DNA of 64,000 nt from Lama guanicoe (Eukaryota): positions 2,109,104-2,173,103 of the forward strand of contig MU054098.1 of the NCBI GenBank assembly GCA_013239625.1, read 5' to 3'. Both the position numbers and the translations under genes were made by a program. Position 1 is the first letter of the stretch. Every line of letters begins with the position of its first letter. Positions 13,501 to 25,635 of the stretch are shown here, piece after piece. Below the pieces are notes generated by a model, which saw only the letters and a list, made by a program, of their open reading frames with translations, searched no databases and was not told the DNA's origin.

Positions 13501-14443
13501 ATTTTTTTCTATTTTTTAATCTCTATTTTACTTATTTCCTACTTATATTTATTATTTCCCTCCTTCTGCTGAGTCTGGATTTGTTTGTTCTTCATTTTGT
13601 CACTATTTTTGGTGAAAGGTTAGATTGTTAATTTTAGATTTGTCTTGTTTCTTGAGGAAGGCCTGTGTCACTATAAAATTCCCTCTTAGAGCTGCTGTTG
13701 CTTCATCCCATAGATTTTGTAAGGTTGTGCTTTCATTGTCATTTGTCTTGAGGTACTTTCTTAATTCTTTGATTTAATCAATGACTGATTTTTTTTTTTA
13801 AAGTACCATGTTGTTTAATCTCCATGTATTCTTTTCCCATTTTTCTTTCTGTATATGACTTCTACTTTCATACCATGTGGTCAGAAAAGATATTTGAAAT
13901 AATTATACCTTCTTAAATTCATCGAGGCTTGTTTTGTGACCTAGTGTGTGGTCTATCCCAGAGAATATTCCATGTATGCTTGAAAAGAATGTGTATTCTG
14001 GTGGGTTTTCTGTTAGGTTGGGTTTTTTTTTGGATGTGGTGTCCTGTAGATATCAATTAAGTCCAACTGGTCTGTTTTGTCATTTAGGATCTCTGTTGAC
14101 TTATTGATTGCCTTTTTTTCTTTAAACATTTTTTTATTGTGTTATAGTCATTTCACAATGTTGTGTCAAATTCCAGTGTAGAGCACAATTTTTCACTTAT
14201 ACTGGAACATACATACACTCATTGTCACATTTTTGTTTCGCTGTGAGCTACCGCAAGATCTTGTATATATTTCCCTGTGCTATACAGTATAATCTTGTTC
14301 ATCTATTCTGCATATGCCTGTCAGTATCTACAAATTTTGAACTCCCAGTCTATCCCTTCCCACCCCCTCCCCCTTGGCAACCACATGTTTGTATTCTATG
14401 TCTATGAGTCTGTTTCTGTTTTGTATTTATGTTCTTTTTTTTT

Positions 14444-17270
14444 TTAGATTCCACATATAAGTGATCTCATATGGTATTTTTCTTTCTTTTTCTGGTTTAC
14501 TTCACTTAGAATGACATTCTCCAGGGACATCCATGTTGCTGCAAATGGTGTTATGTTGTTGTTTTTTATGGCTGAATAGTATTCCATTGTATAAATATAC
14601 CACCACTTCTTTATCCAGTCATCTGTTGATGGACATTTAGGTTGTTTCCATGTCTTGGCTATTGTAAATAGTGCTGCTATGAACATTGGGGTGCATGTGT
14701 CTTTTGGAAGTAGGGTTCCTTCTGGATATATGCCCAAGAATGGGATTCCTGGGTCATATGGTAAGTCTATTCCTAGTCTTTTGAGGAATCTCCACACTGT
14801 TTTCCACAGTGGCTGCACCAATCTACATTCCCACCAGTAGTGTAGGAGGGTTCCCTTTTCTCCACAGCCTCTCCAGCATTTTTTAAAGTCTTCTTTAATT
14901 TCCTTCATCAATGGTTTATAGTTCTCCATGTATAAGTCTTTCACCTCCTTGGTTAGATTTATTCCTAGGTATTTTGTTACTTTGGGTGCTATTTTAAAGG
15001 GGTTTGCTGCTTTACTTTCTTTTCCTGTTGATTTATTGTTAGTGTAAAGTAATGCAACTGATTTTTGAACGTTAATTTTGTAACCTGCTACCTTGCTGAA
15101 TTCTTCAATTAGTTCTAGTAGTTTTTGTGCGGACCTTTTAAGGTTTTCTGTATATAGTATCATGTCATCTGCATATAGTGACACTTTTACCTCTTCTTTT
15201 CCAATTTGGATCCCTTTTATTTCTTTCTCTTGCCTGATTGCTGTGGCTAGGACTTCCAAGACTATGTTGAATAGGAGTGGTGATAGTGGGCAGCCTTGTC
15301 TTGTCCCAGATTTTAGTGGGAAGCTTTTGAGTTTTTCACCATTGAGTACCATGCTGGCTGTAGGTTTGTCATATATAGCTTTTATTATGTTGAGATATGT
15401 TCCCTCTATACTCACTTTGGTGAGAGTTTTTATCATAAATGGGTGTTGAATTTTATCAAATGCTTTTCCTGCATCTGTTGAGATGATCATGTGGTTTTTG
15501 TCCTTTCTCTTGTTGATGTGATGTATTACATTGATTGATTTGCATATGTTGAACCACCCTTGTGTCCCAGGGATGAACACCACTTGATCATGATGTATAA
15601 TCTTTTACATGTGCTGTTGGATTCTATTTGCTAATATTTTGGTAAGGATTTTTGCATCTATGTCCATCAGTGATATTGGTCTGTAATTCTCTTTTTTGAT
15701 GATGTCTTTGCCTGGTTTTGGTATCAGGGTGATGGTGGCTTCACAGAATGAGTTTGGGAGTATTCCCTCCTTTTCAGTCTTCTGGAAGAGTTTGAGAAGG
15801 ACTGGTATGAGTTCTTCTTTGTATGTTTGGTAGAATTCCCTGGTGAAGCCATCCAGTCCTGGACTTTTATTTGTAGGGAGGTTTTTTATTGCTAATTCAA
15901 TTTCATGTCTACTGATTGATGGGTTTTTTCAAATGATCAGTTTCTTCTTGATTCAGTCTTGGTGGACTATATGTTTCCAAAAACTTGTCCATCTCCTCTA
16001 GGTTACGCATTTTGATTCCATATATTTTTTCATAATATTTTCATATGATATTCTGTATTTCTATGTTGTTTGTTGTAACTTCTCCATTTTACTGTCTTAT
16101 TTTGCTTATTTGTGCTCTCTTTTTTCTTCTTTGTGAGTTTGGCCAGAGATTTGTCGATTTTATTTATGCTTTCAAAAAACCAGCTTTTGGTTTGATTGAT
16201 TTTTTTCTATGGTTTTTTTAATCTCTATTTTATTTATTTCCTCCCTGATCTTTATTATTTCCTTCCTTCTGCTGACTTTTGGGGTTTTTTTGCTCTTTTT
16301 CTAATTCTTTTAGCTGATGGGTTATATTGTTTATTTGAGATTGTTCTCTTTTTTTGAGGAAGGCCTGTATCATCTATAAACTTCCCTCCTAGCACTGCCT
16401 TTGCTGTGTCCCATAAATTTTGTGTGGTTGTATTTTCATTTTCATTTGTCTCAAGGTATTTTCTAATTTTTAGCTTTGATTTCATCATTGACCCATTGGT
16501 TTTTTAATAGCATTTTGTTTAATCTCCATGCTTTCCTTTTTTTCTCCTTTGTTTCTCTGTAGTTGATTTCTAGTTTCATGGCATTGTGGTCAGTAAAGAT
16601 GCTTGAGATAATTTCTATCTTCTTAAGATTATTGAGATTTCTTTTCTGCCCAAATATGTGATCAGTCCTAGAAAATGTTCCATCTGCACTTGAAAAGAAT
16701 ACATATCCTATTTTTTGGGGGTGTAATGCTCTGAAAATATCTATCAAATCTAATTTTTCTATTGTATCATTTAAGTTCGCTGTTGCCTTATTTATTTTCT
16801 GTCTGGAAGATCTGTCTAGTGATGTTAATGTGGTGGTAAAATCTCTGACTATGATTGTGTTCCCATCAATATCCCCCTTTATCTCTGCTAGTAATTGTTT
16901 TATGTACTTAGGTGCTCCTATATTTGGTGCATATATATATAATGAATGTAATATCCTCATCTTGTATTACTCCTTTAATCATTATAAAATGTCCTTCTTT
17001 ATCTTTCTTTATGGCCCTTGTTTTAAAGTCTATTTTGTCTGAAATCAGTACTGCTACACCTGCTTTTTTGGCTTTTCCATTTGCATGGAATATCCTTTTC
17101 CATCCTTTCACTCTCAATCTGTATGGGTCCTCCCTAAAGTGGGCCTCTTGTATGCAGCATTTTGAAGGTTCTTGCTTTATTATCCAGTCTGCCACTCTAT
17201 GTCTTTTGATTGGAGCATTTAGTCCATTGACATTTACAGTAATTAATGATAGATGTGTGTTTATTGCCAT
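14444..17270 (-). pseudogene. L1 ORF2 (endonuclease/reverse transcriptase), frameshifted and internally deleted
   Basis: Start MAINTHLSLITVNVNGLNAPIKR (APE-type EN); RT motifs [17 protein letters not shown] and KYLGI; C-terminal [13 protein letters not shown]. Broken into several ORFs. Confidence 0.92.
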
Positions 17271-17499
17271 TTTGAACTTCTTTTTGCAGTTGATTTGGTA
17301 TTTCTTTGTTCCATTCTTCTTCCTTTTGTGGTTTGGTAATTTTCCTTTGTATTATCTTGGATTTTATTTAGTCTTTGTGACTCACTTGTAAGTTTTTGGC
17401 TTGTGGTTACTCATTTTTGTAAGTCTATTAACCCATTACGATAACTGTTTGTATTAAACATATATTAATGTGAGCTCAAACCCATCCTACTGAGAACAA

Positions 17500-18257
17500 A
17501 AAATTTTAAAAAGAAAAAAAAATACTCTATACTTTCTTGCTTCCCTCTCCCACTCTTAATGATTTAGATGTCTTCTTTTACAATTTTGTGTTTATTCTAT
17601 TTGTAATTCATGATAGTTATCAACTTTTCAGTTATAAGTTTCTCATTTCTGTAGCATCCTGCTTCTTTTCTATTTAGAGCAGACCTTTCAATATTTCTTT
17701 GAGCATGGGTTTAGTGTTGCTAAACTCTTGTAGTTTTTATTGTCTGTGAAATTCTTTGTCTCCTTCTTGGATAGCCTTGCTGGATAAAGTATCCTAGGCT
17801 GCATCTTTTTTTCATTCAGGACTTTGAATATATCTTACCACTCCCTTCTGGCCTGTAGTGTTTGTGTAGAGAAATCAGCTGAGAGCCTTATGGGGGTTCC
17901 CTTGTAACTCACTCTTTGCTTTTCTCTTGCTGCCTTTAGGATCATTTCTTTATCCGTGACTCTGGCCATCTTCTAGGTCACTTATTTGTTCCTCTGCATT
18001 ATCTAGCCTGCTTTGTACAGCCTTTAGATCAGCTCTCATCTCAGCAAATCAGTTTACCCATTCTACTTGGCTCTTCTTTGTAGCTTCAATTTCATTTTTG
18101 ACATATTTTGTATCTCTAAACACTATCTCTTCAGTACTTTGATCACTCTTTTTTTGAAATCTTGATCTAGTAGGCCATCAATGTCTATTTCATTGATCAT
18201 TCTTTCAGGGGCTTTCTCTTGCTCTTTTAATTGGGAGTGCTTCCTCTGCTTCTTCAT
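17500..18257 (-). pseudogene. L1 ORF1, disrupted
   Basis: Manual translation gives MKKQRKHSQLKEQEKAPERMINEIDIDGLLDQDFKK..., EEQISDLED and ILKAAREKQRVSYKGTPIRLSADFS. 3' boundary approximate. Confidence 0.8.
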
Positions 18258-21200
18258 CTTGCACATATCTCTCTGGCACTGTGGCTTATGGAGTATCAGT
18301 TATCTATTGTGGTCCTTAAGGAGTTTATTTATTTATCTATCTAAAGCCTATGCAGGAATAAAACTTAAAAAAGAGAGAATTTTAAAAGAATGGGGAATAA
18401 AAGGTTTTAAAACAGTGTATAATCAATAATAGAAGAGCAATTTGAATCATACTAGCAATCATGTTGAGATGTCTCTTAAAAACCTTAAAAAAGGTGAAAA
18501 GATCAGAAAACAATATTTGAAACCTGTGTATAATCAATAACACGAAATCATAATCGAGAGAAAAATGAAATGAGGTGGATTTTTAAAAATAATAATCACA
18601 AAAATATTTTTTAAAAAATTTAAAAGGGATTAAAACTGTAGACATATACAATTGTTTAAAAAGTAAAAATTAAGGTAATAGAAAATAGAACAGATAATAA
18701 AAGATAAAATAAAAAGAATTTTGAAAGAAGGGAGAAAAAAAGATTTGAAAACAGTGTATAATGAATAATAGAAGCGGAAGTTGAAGCAGAATAGCAATCG
18801 AGTTGAGACATCTTTTAAAAACCTTACAAAAAGGAGAAAAGGACAAAAAAGATATTTGAAACCTGTGTATAATCAATAATAGGAGATCAAAACCAAGAGA
18901 AGTAAAAATGAAATGAGGTGTATTTTTACACATAATAACAATAAAAATATTTTAAAAGAAAAATTTAAGGGATTAAAACTGGAAGCATGTACAATTGTTT
19001 AAAAAGTAAAAATTAAAAAGGTAATAGAAAATAGAACAGATAAGAAAAGATTAAAAAAATGGGGGTGTTCTCATGGAGACTGCACTCTTAATGATTTTAT
19101 CGAGAGGTCTTTATGTTTTGCCCTGTTTTGCGTACTCAGCTTGCTGTTTCCAGAGGCCCTCCGTTGGCGCCCTCATCTGTGCTGCTCCCAGTGCCTCTCA
19201 GCAAGTAGATCACGGCCCCTCCCAACACTGGGTCAGGTGCTGCTTTCCTTCATGGTGGGTGGGCGGGTCACTGCCCCTCCTGATGCAGCCGCAGTCAGAT
19301 GCTGCACTTGGGCGTGGTAGGTGGGTGGATCACTCCTCCTCCCAGCACCGCAGTCAGGTGTTGCATTCCTGCCAGGAAAGCAAGTGGCCACCTGCACTCT
19401 CCCTGCGCTGGTCGCTCCCCTTCTCTGTGCAGCTGCCCGCTCTACCTCGGGTTCGTGCTCTGTAGGTGGGCTCCGGGAAGACCATGGAACAGCCCTGCCC
19501 CTGCTCCATGCCAAACCCAGCTCCTTGTTTGTCTTGGCAGCGCGAGTTCTCTGAGGGGCCAGGGCAGAAAGAGCCTATCTGCCTCCGGCAGTAAACAAGT
19601 CTCAGTCCTTCCCAGGAGGCTGCAGACCCCCCAGGTGCAGATTCAGGGCTTGGCCCCACCCCTGCCCGGTGCTGTGCACAGGAGGAGATGGTGGCTGTGG
19701 CTGCGCCCTGCCTCTCTCCTCCTGAGAAGCACCAGTAATGGTGCCGTGGGTCTGAGGCGACAAAGGCTACGGCACCCCTCCACCCAGAGCACACCAGCAG
19801 TGTTGCTTTGCTTTTTTTTGTTGTAATTTATGGGGGACCCAGGTTGTTCTGCTCCGTATCCCCTCCCAGCCACAGCACCATGGCATGTAGCCCCCTGCAG
19901 TCCCCCGGGGCTGCCTCAGTGCAGCCACCCCAGTCCTCTGCCTGGCTCAGCAGCCTATCCCAGCCCCCAGCTCCCGGCTCGCATCTCGGGCTGGGGGTTG
20001 CAGGGACCCTTTGTGCCCGTTTAACTTAGTTTTGTCAGTCAAGGGCTGCTCTGTACAGATCTGAGCCTCGGAGGCTCCCCCTCTGTCCCACTGGCCTCTC
20101 TGTTGGAGAGGGGAGAGCCAGCAAAGGAGCACCAGTCCTCCTTTGCCGCTCCCTCCCCGTGGGACCCTTCCTGCTCTGTTTTGCTTTTTCTTTCTTTGTT
20201 CCTTTTCTCCTACCAGATTTGTGGCGTCTGTGTCTTTTGAAGAGGGCGATGTTCTGTTGGAGTTCAGCAGGTGCTCTGGTAGACTGGGTGGGTCCTGTGG
20301 ATGTGAGTTTTGGTGTATTTGTGGGAGAGGGTGAGCTACGAGCATTCTTCTACTCTGCCATCTTGGCCCCAACTTACTGATTTTCTATCCAGAAGATCTG
20401 TCCATTGATGTGAGTAGAGTGTTAAGGTCTCCTACTATTTTTGTATTCCTGTCAATTTCTCCCTTTATGTCCATTAGTATTTGTTTTATATATTTAGGTG
20501 CTCCTGTATTGGGAACATATATTTAAAGACCTAGTACTAGGCTGTGGATTTGAGTGGGCTGGTGATAGGGTCCTGGATACTGGCTGCAGGAATTGAGATG
20601 ATTGTGCTGCCACCTGGGACTTGGCTACTTCTGTGGCAGACCTCTTATAGGACGTTTTCACAAATCTGTGTCCAAGCTGTAATGTGGGATTGGCAGACCA
20701 GAGCAATCCCCCTGGGGAAATAACCACTGAGTTCCCCTCCCAGGAGTCATCCCCCTGAGATGTATGTTTCTGTGTTGCCACCCAGTACACACTCCAACGT
20801 CTGTCATGGCCAGATATGCTTCTGCTGTGCACTAGTTGACAATGGGCCCACAGCTGGATCTGCTGCCACCATGCCCATGGTTTGGGCTGGACTACACCCC
20901 AGACCCTCCAGGGTGTCTCCATGCAGCTACAGAGAGTCCTCTCCCAGGGTCTGTCACCCAAGATTCAGTGCTTATCCTCTTGGTATATTTGTAGTCTCAC
21001 CCGGTATGCACTTCAGATTGGGAAGTGTGGCAAAGGGGCAGCTGCCACTGCTGGTCTCTCTCTGCCCTGATTGTTAGTAAGCCAGCACACAGCAACTCCC
21101 ACGAGTAGAGTCTAGGCTTTTCCAGCCCCTCTGTCTGTCCCAATGGATTTCCTAGCAGGCAAGGGGACTCCCCAGAGGGAGAGTCTGCCCATCTGGACTT

Positions 21201-21372
21201 TCTCTCCTTTAAAGATCCTTCCTAGCAGTGCTGATTCCATCCTGATTATTTTCCCTGCCCCCCATTACTACCTAGTTACATGGAGATCTTTCTTACAGCT
21301 GTGGTTGTATAGGAGATCTACCAGATTCCAGTTGATTTTCTATAAGAATAATTCCCATGTAGATGATTTTTG

Positions 21373-23150
21373 GGTTTTTTGTTTTTGTTTTTTAATATGT
21401 ATTTTTATTGAAGTATAGTCAGCCTGCAATGTTGTGTCAACTTCTGGTGTACAGCATAATGTTTCAGTTATACATGAACATACATATATTTGTTTTCATA
21501 TTCTTTTCCACCATAAGTTACTACAAGATATTCAATAAAGTTCCTTGTGCTATACAGTGTAAACTTGTTGTTTATCTATTATATATATATTAGTATCTGC
21601 AAATCTTGAACTCCCAATTTATCCCTTCCCATCCCCTTCCCTCCCTGGTAACCATAAGTTTGTTTTCTATGTCTGTGAGTCTGTTTCTGTTTTGTAAATA
21701 AGTTCATTTGTCTTTTTTTTTTTTTTAAAGATTCTACGTATACGTGATATCATATGGAATTTTTCTTTCTCTTTCTGGCTTACTTCACTTAGAATGACAT
21801 TCTCTCGGTCTGCCCATTTTGCTGCAAATGGCATTATTTTATTAATTTTTATGGCTGAGTAGCATCCTATTGTATAAATATACCACAGCTTCTTTATCCA
21901 GTCACCTGTTGATGGATGTTTAGGTTGTTTCCATGTCTTGGCTATTGTAAATAGTGCTGCTGTGAACATTGGGGTGCATGTGTCTTTTTGAATTAGAGCT
22001 TCCTCTGGATACATGCCCAGGAATGGAATTGCTGGATCATATGGTAATTCCATTTTTAGTCTTTTGAGGACTCATCATACTGTTTTCCACAATGGCTGCA
22101 CCAAACTGCATTCCCACCGACAGTGTAGGAGAGTTCCCTTTTCTCCACACCCTCTCCAGCATTTATCACTCATGGACTTTTGGATGATGGCTATTCTGAC
22201 TGGTGTGAGGTGATACCCCATTGTAGTTTTGATTTGCATTTCTCTGATAATTAGTGATACTGAGCATTTTTTTCCTGTGCCTGTTGACCATTTGTATGTC
22301 TTCATTGGAGAATTGCTTGTTTAGGTCTTCTGCCCATTTTTGGATTGAATTGTCTGTGTTTTTTTCTTATTAACTTGTATGAGCTGTTTATATATTCTGG
22401 AAATTAAGCCCTTGTAAGTCTTGTCATTTGCAAATATTTTCTCCCATTCCATAGGTTGTCTTCTTGTTTTGTTTACGGTTTCCTTTGCTGTGAAAAAGCT
22501 TATAAGTTTAATGAAGTCCCATTTGTTTATTTTTTGCTTTTACTTCTATTGCCTGGGTAGAGTGCCCTAGGAGAACATTGCTGAGATTTATGTCAGAGAA
22601 TGTTTTGCCTATGTTTTCTTCTAAGAGATTTATAGTGTCTTGTCTTGTGTTTAAGTGTTTAAGCCATTTTGAGTTTATTTTTGTGTATGGTGTGAGGGAG
22701 TGTTCTAACTTCATTGATTTTACATGCAGCTGTCCAGTTTTCCCAGCACCATTTGCTGAAGAGACTGTCTTTTCTCCATTGTATGTTCTTGCCTCCTTTG
22801 TCAAAGATTAATTGACCAAAAGTTTGTGGGTTTATTCTGGGCTCTCTATTCTGATCCATTGATCCATATGTCTGTTTTTGTACCAATACCATGCTGTTTT
22901 TAATACCATAGCACTGTAGTATTGTCTGAAGTCTGGGAGGGTTATTCATCCAGCTTTGTTCTTCTTCAGTATTACTTTGGCAATTCTGGGTCTTTTGTGA
23001 TTCCATGTAAATTTTAGGATTGTTTGTTCTAATTCTGTAAAAAAAAATGTCCTGGATAAATGTGTAGATTGCTTTGGGTAGTATAGCCATTTAAACAATA
23101 TTAATTCTTCCAACCCAAGAACTGGGATATCTTTCCATTTCTTTGTCAGG
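21373..23150 (-). mobile_element. 5'-truncated L1 nested in the host L1 5' UTR
   Basis: ORF2 C-terminal peptides ([30 protein letters not shown]), 3' UTR and T-rich tail. TSD tgtagatgatttttg (21358-21372) / tataggtgatttttg (23151-23165). Confidence 0.9.
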
Positions 23151-23228
23151 TATAGGTGATTTTTGATTTGTTTGTGGGAGGAGGTGAGCTCCACATCCTG
23201 CTACTCTGTCGTCTTGATCCCACTTCCA

Positions 23229-23610
23229 CTGTACTCCACTCTGGTCTTCTTTCTATTGGCTGAACTAATCAAACCCTTTCCCTTCTTTTCTTTGCCATTT
23301 CTCTTCCTTCTGTCTGCTGTGCTCTTCCTCTGGCTCTTCACATGACTTGCTCCTTTCTATCTTTCCAGATAACCACCTCAGAGTGACTGTCCCTGACAAT
23401 CTAAAATAGACCCAACTCCATTTTTCTCTGTCATGGCACCCTATTTGTTTTCTTCCTCCAACTTATCTCATGTGTCAGTGTATGTGCATATGTGGGTGTC
23501 ATTTGTATGTGTTTCTATCTCTCCCATCAGACTATAAGTTTCTTGAATGTAGGGGTAATGGCCATTTAGTGCCCACCCAATAAAAATGTTTTGAATAAAC
23601 AAATGGGTGG
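23229..23610 (+). mobile_element. L2 3' portion (continuation of 9860-10542)
   Basis: 'ctggtcttctttct...cacctcagagtgactgtccctgac...cagactataagtttcttga...ttttgaataaacaaatg'. Confidence 0.7.
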
Positions 23611-23929
23611 AGAAGGACTTGGGGATATAGGTATCATGAGGTTTTGAAGAGACTAAAACTGTGAATGTTTTTGGTTCCAGATCTTCACACCAAGGACTGT
23701 CAGGGTTAGGCACAAACTTCAAACTTTCAGGATAGGGTCAGAACTAGAGATTATTGTGGCCATGGTGCATGATGTGGAGGCCAGAGCAGTAATTGTATCT
23801 ATACTAGGTGTAGAAATGACTGAAATAACAAATTCAAGTATAGTATGAAGCTGCCCTGATAACCAGTGTCCCGGAGACACAGAACTTTCTTTCATCAGAG
23901 GCAGAACATGATTTAAAGGGAAGAAATAA

Positions 23930-24122
23930 ATTCTTTGGAATCAGACAAACCTGGGTTTGAGTACTAGCTCAGTCACTGACAAGCTAGGTGACTTTGGACA
24001 ATTTATTTAACCTATCTAAGCATCAGTTTTCTTATCAGTAAAATGGATATGATAATACAACTATTGCATGGGTTTATTATAAGAACTAATGAGTTAAAAT
24101 GTACAGAATATAACACATAATA
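23930..24122 (+). mobile_element. MIR SINE
   Basis: Core 'ttggaatcagacaaacctgggttt...cagttttcttatcagtaaaatgg'. Confidence 0.8.
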
Positions 24123-25209
24123 CAAACCAGGAGTGAACAAGAGGAAGAAGAATAAAAAGGAACAGAAGAAAAAGAAGAAATGAGCTCTCACAAGTTTATA
24201 CAGTCCTAAGATTCTCTTTGTATCATTGCCTTGGCCTGGGATTTCAGGAAGGTGATTGTGATTACCCAGGCATGATGGCATGGGTTACAATCTTAAGGCT
24301 ATGATCATAGCTCCATGACCATACCAAATACCAGTCAATTAATCAAGAAAAAAGAGAATCATTCAAGCCGAACCATGGGCCAGCAGTGGTTTACTAACCC
24401 AGCAATTCCGTGCCATTCGTGTCCATCTGGGTCACTGTAGAGTAACTCCTCCTTGTACTTTGAGGTGGAGATGTATTGATATAGCACAGAGTCACAGATG
24501 GTGAGGGAGCTAGGAAAGGCTTCAATATGGCTTCCTTCAAAGGATGCCACAAATGTAATACAATACAAAAAGAAGTCACTTACCTCCTGAATGAGGACAT
24601 AAATTCTGAGAAGTAATCATGCCACTAGTTGTTCTTGATGCACAAAATAGAAGCAGCAGTGAATTATCAATCTTAAAATTAGGAATATTTTCTATGAATA
24701 TTTGTAGTTCATTATTGACTTTTGAGGCTCATTATACAAGAACTAAAACATGGAATTTTATGATTACTTTGTATAATTATGTATAGACAGAGAGAGCCAA
24801 ACTCCCTTTAAAGTCAGTGGGAGATATGCATAAAGAATGAGCACTAAAATTGGCCCCATGCATTTTTCAATTTTGCTGGATGTAGAATTCAGTATTTTAA
24901 AATGACAAAAGACTCATCTTATTTTTGAATTGACTATAAAGCACAATAACAATAATTTATTTACATAGCTGTGCTCTGGGAGCTCATAGCATTTTGCAGA
25001 TGTTATCTTAGTTATTTTTATAATGGAAGGGGTAAGAGGTTTTAATCCCTGCTTTTTTCCATCTATGGAAACTGAGTCACAAATTGGCCAAGTCATTTAC
25101 TTGTAATAGCACAATAGGTTGTTGATATATTTGTCTTTTAAAATGAGATTAATAATAATGCCTGCCCTATCTCATAGTGTTGCTATAAGGACATGTATAG
25201 GACACTTCT

Positions 25210-25635
25210 TGTGTGATTTCAAACCATCTTGATCTCACCTCCTACCCCGGGCACTACTGCATTGTTGATTTCCTTGAAGACTTCCAACCTGACACTGCCT
25301 CACATTGGATCCCTGCCACTGTCTATTGCTCCCTACTCTGTGGTTTTGAGGATATCTTATGGTTGGATTTTCTTGAGACCACTCTTGACCAATGGAAGCC
25401 AGAGTTTATGAACAAATGCTTTCCACATTTTCCCCTGAGATGGTAGTTCTGAGACAGACTCTTTTAGTTTTCTCAGCTTTGCAACCATCCCTGGAGATAC
25501 CCAACTCAAGACTGTATTGTCTTTTTTTCTTTCATCTTTCACTTCCCCATGTCTCTCCTTGCAATTTCTTCTCTAATATCTGCAGCCAGGCCTTTCCCTC
25601 AGGCTCTGCTTTAAGGATAACTAAAGGCAAAGAGA
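25210..25635 (+). mobile_element. ERVL-class solo LTR (LTR16-like)
   Basis: 'cttgaccaatggaagccagag...aaatgctt' and terminal 'ctcaggctctgcttt...aaaga'. Confidence 0.6.

Larger units (their letters stand above)
14110..20370 (-). mobile_element. Younger L1 with intact 5' and 3' termini, nested in the host ORF2 EN domain
   Basis: 5' end GGGGCCAAGATGGCAGAGTAG at 20370; GC-rich UTR, ORF1, ORF2, 3' UTR and T-run. TSD acttattgatt (14099-14109) / acttactgatt (20372-20382). Confidence 0.9.
10543..23228 (-). mobile_element. Older host L1 retaining both ends (segments 10543-14109, 20372-21372, 23151-23228), carrying two nested L1s
   Basis: 3' T-run at 10544; decayed ORF2 pieces (ORFs 11235-13176: [30 protein letters not shown]). 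EN segment IYVPNTGAPKYIKQ...VGDLNT at ~20372-20523. L1 5' terminus GGATCAAGACGACAGAGTAGCAGGATGTGGAGCTCACCTCCTCCCAC ends at ~23228. Confidence 0.85.

Noticed and set aside
14444..15583. 379-aa ORF as a functional reverse transcriptase gene
   Set aside because: It is part of a frameshifted, internally deleted L1 ORF2; the upstream EN and RT portions are broken.
19060..20370. CpG-island-like host promoter with many overlapping ORFs
   Set aside because: It is the GC-rich 5' UTR of the nested L1, and the ORFs are a by-product of high GC content.
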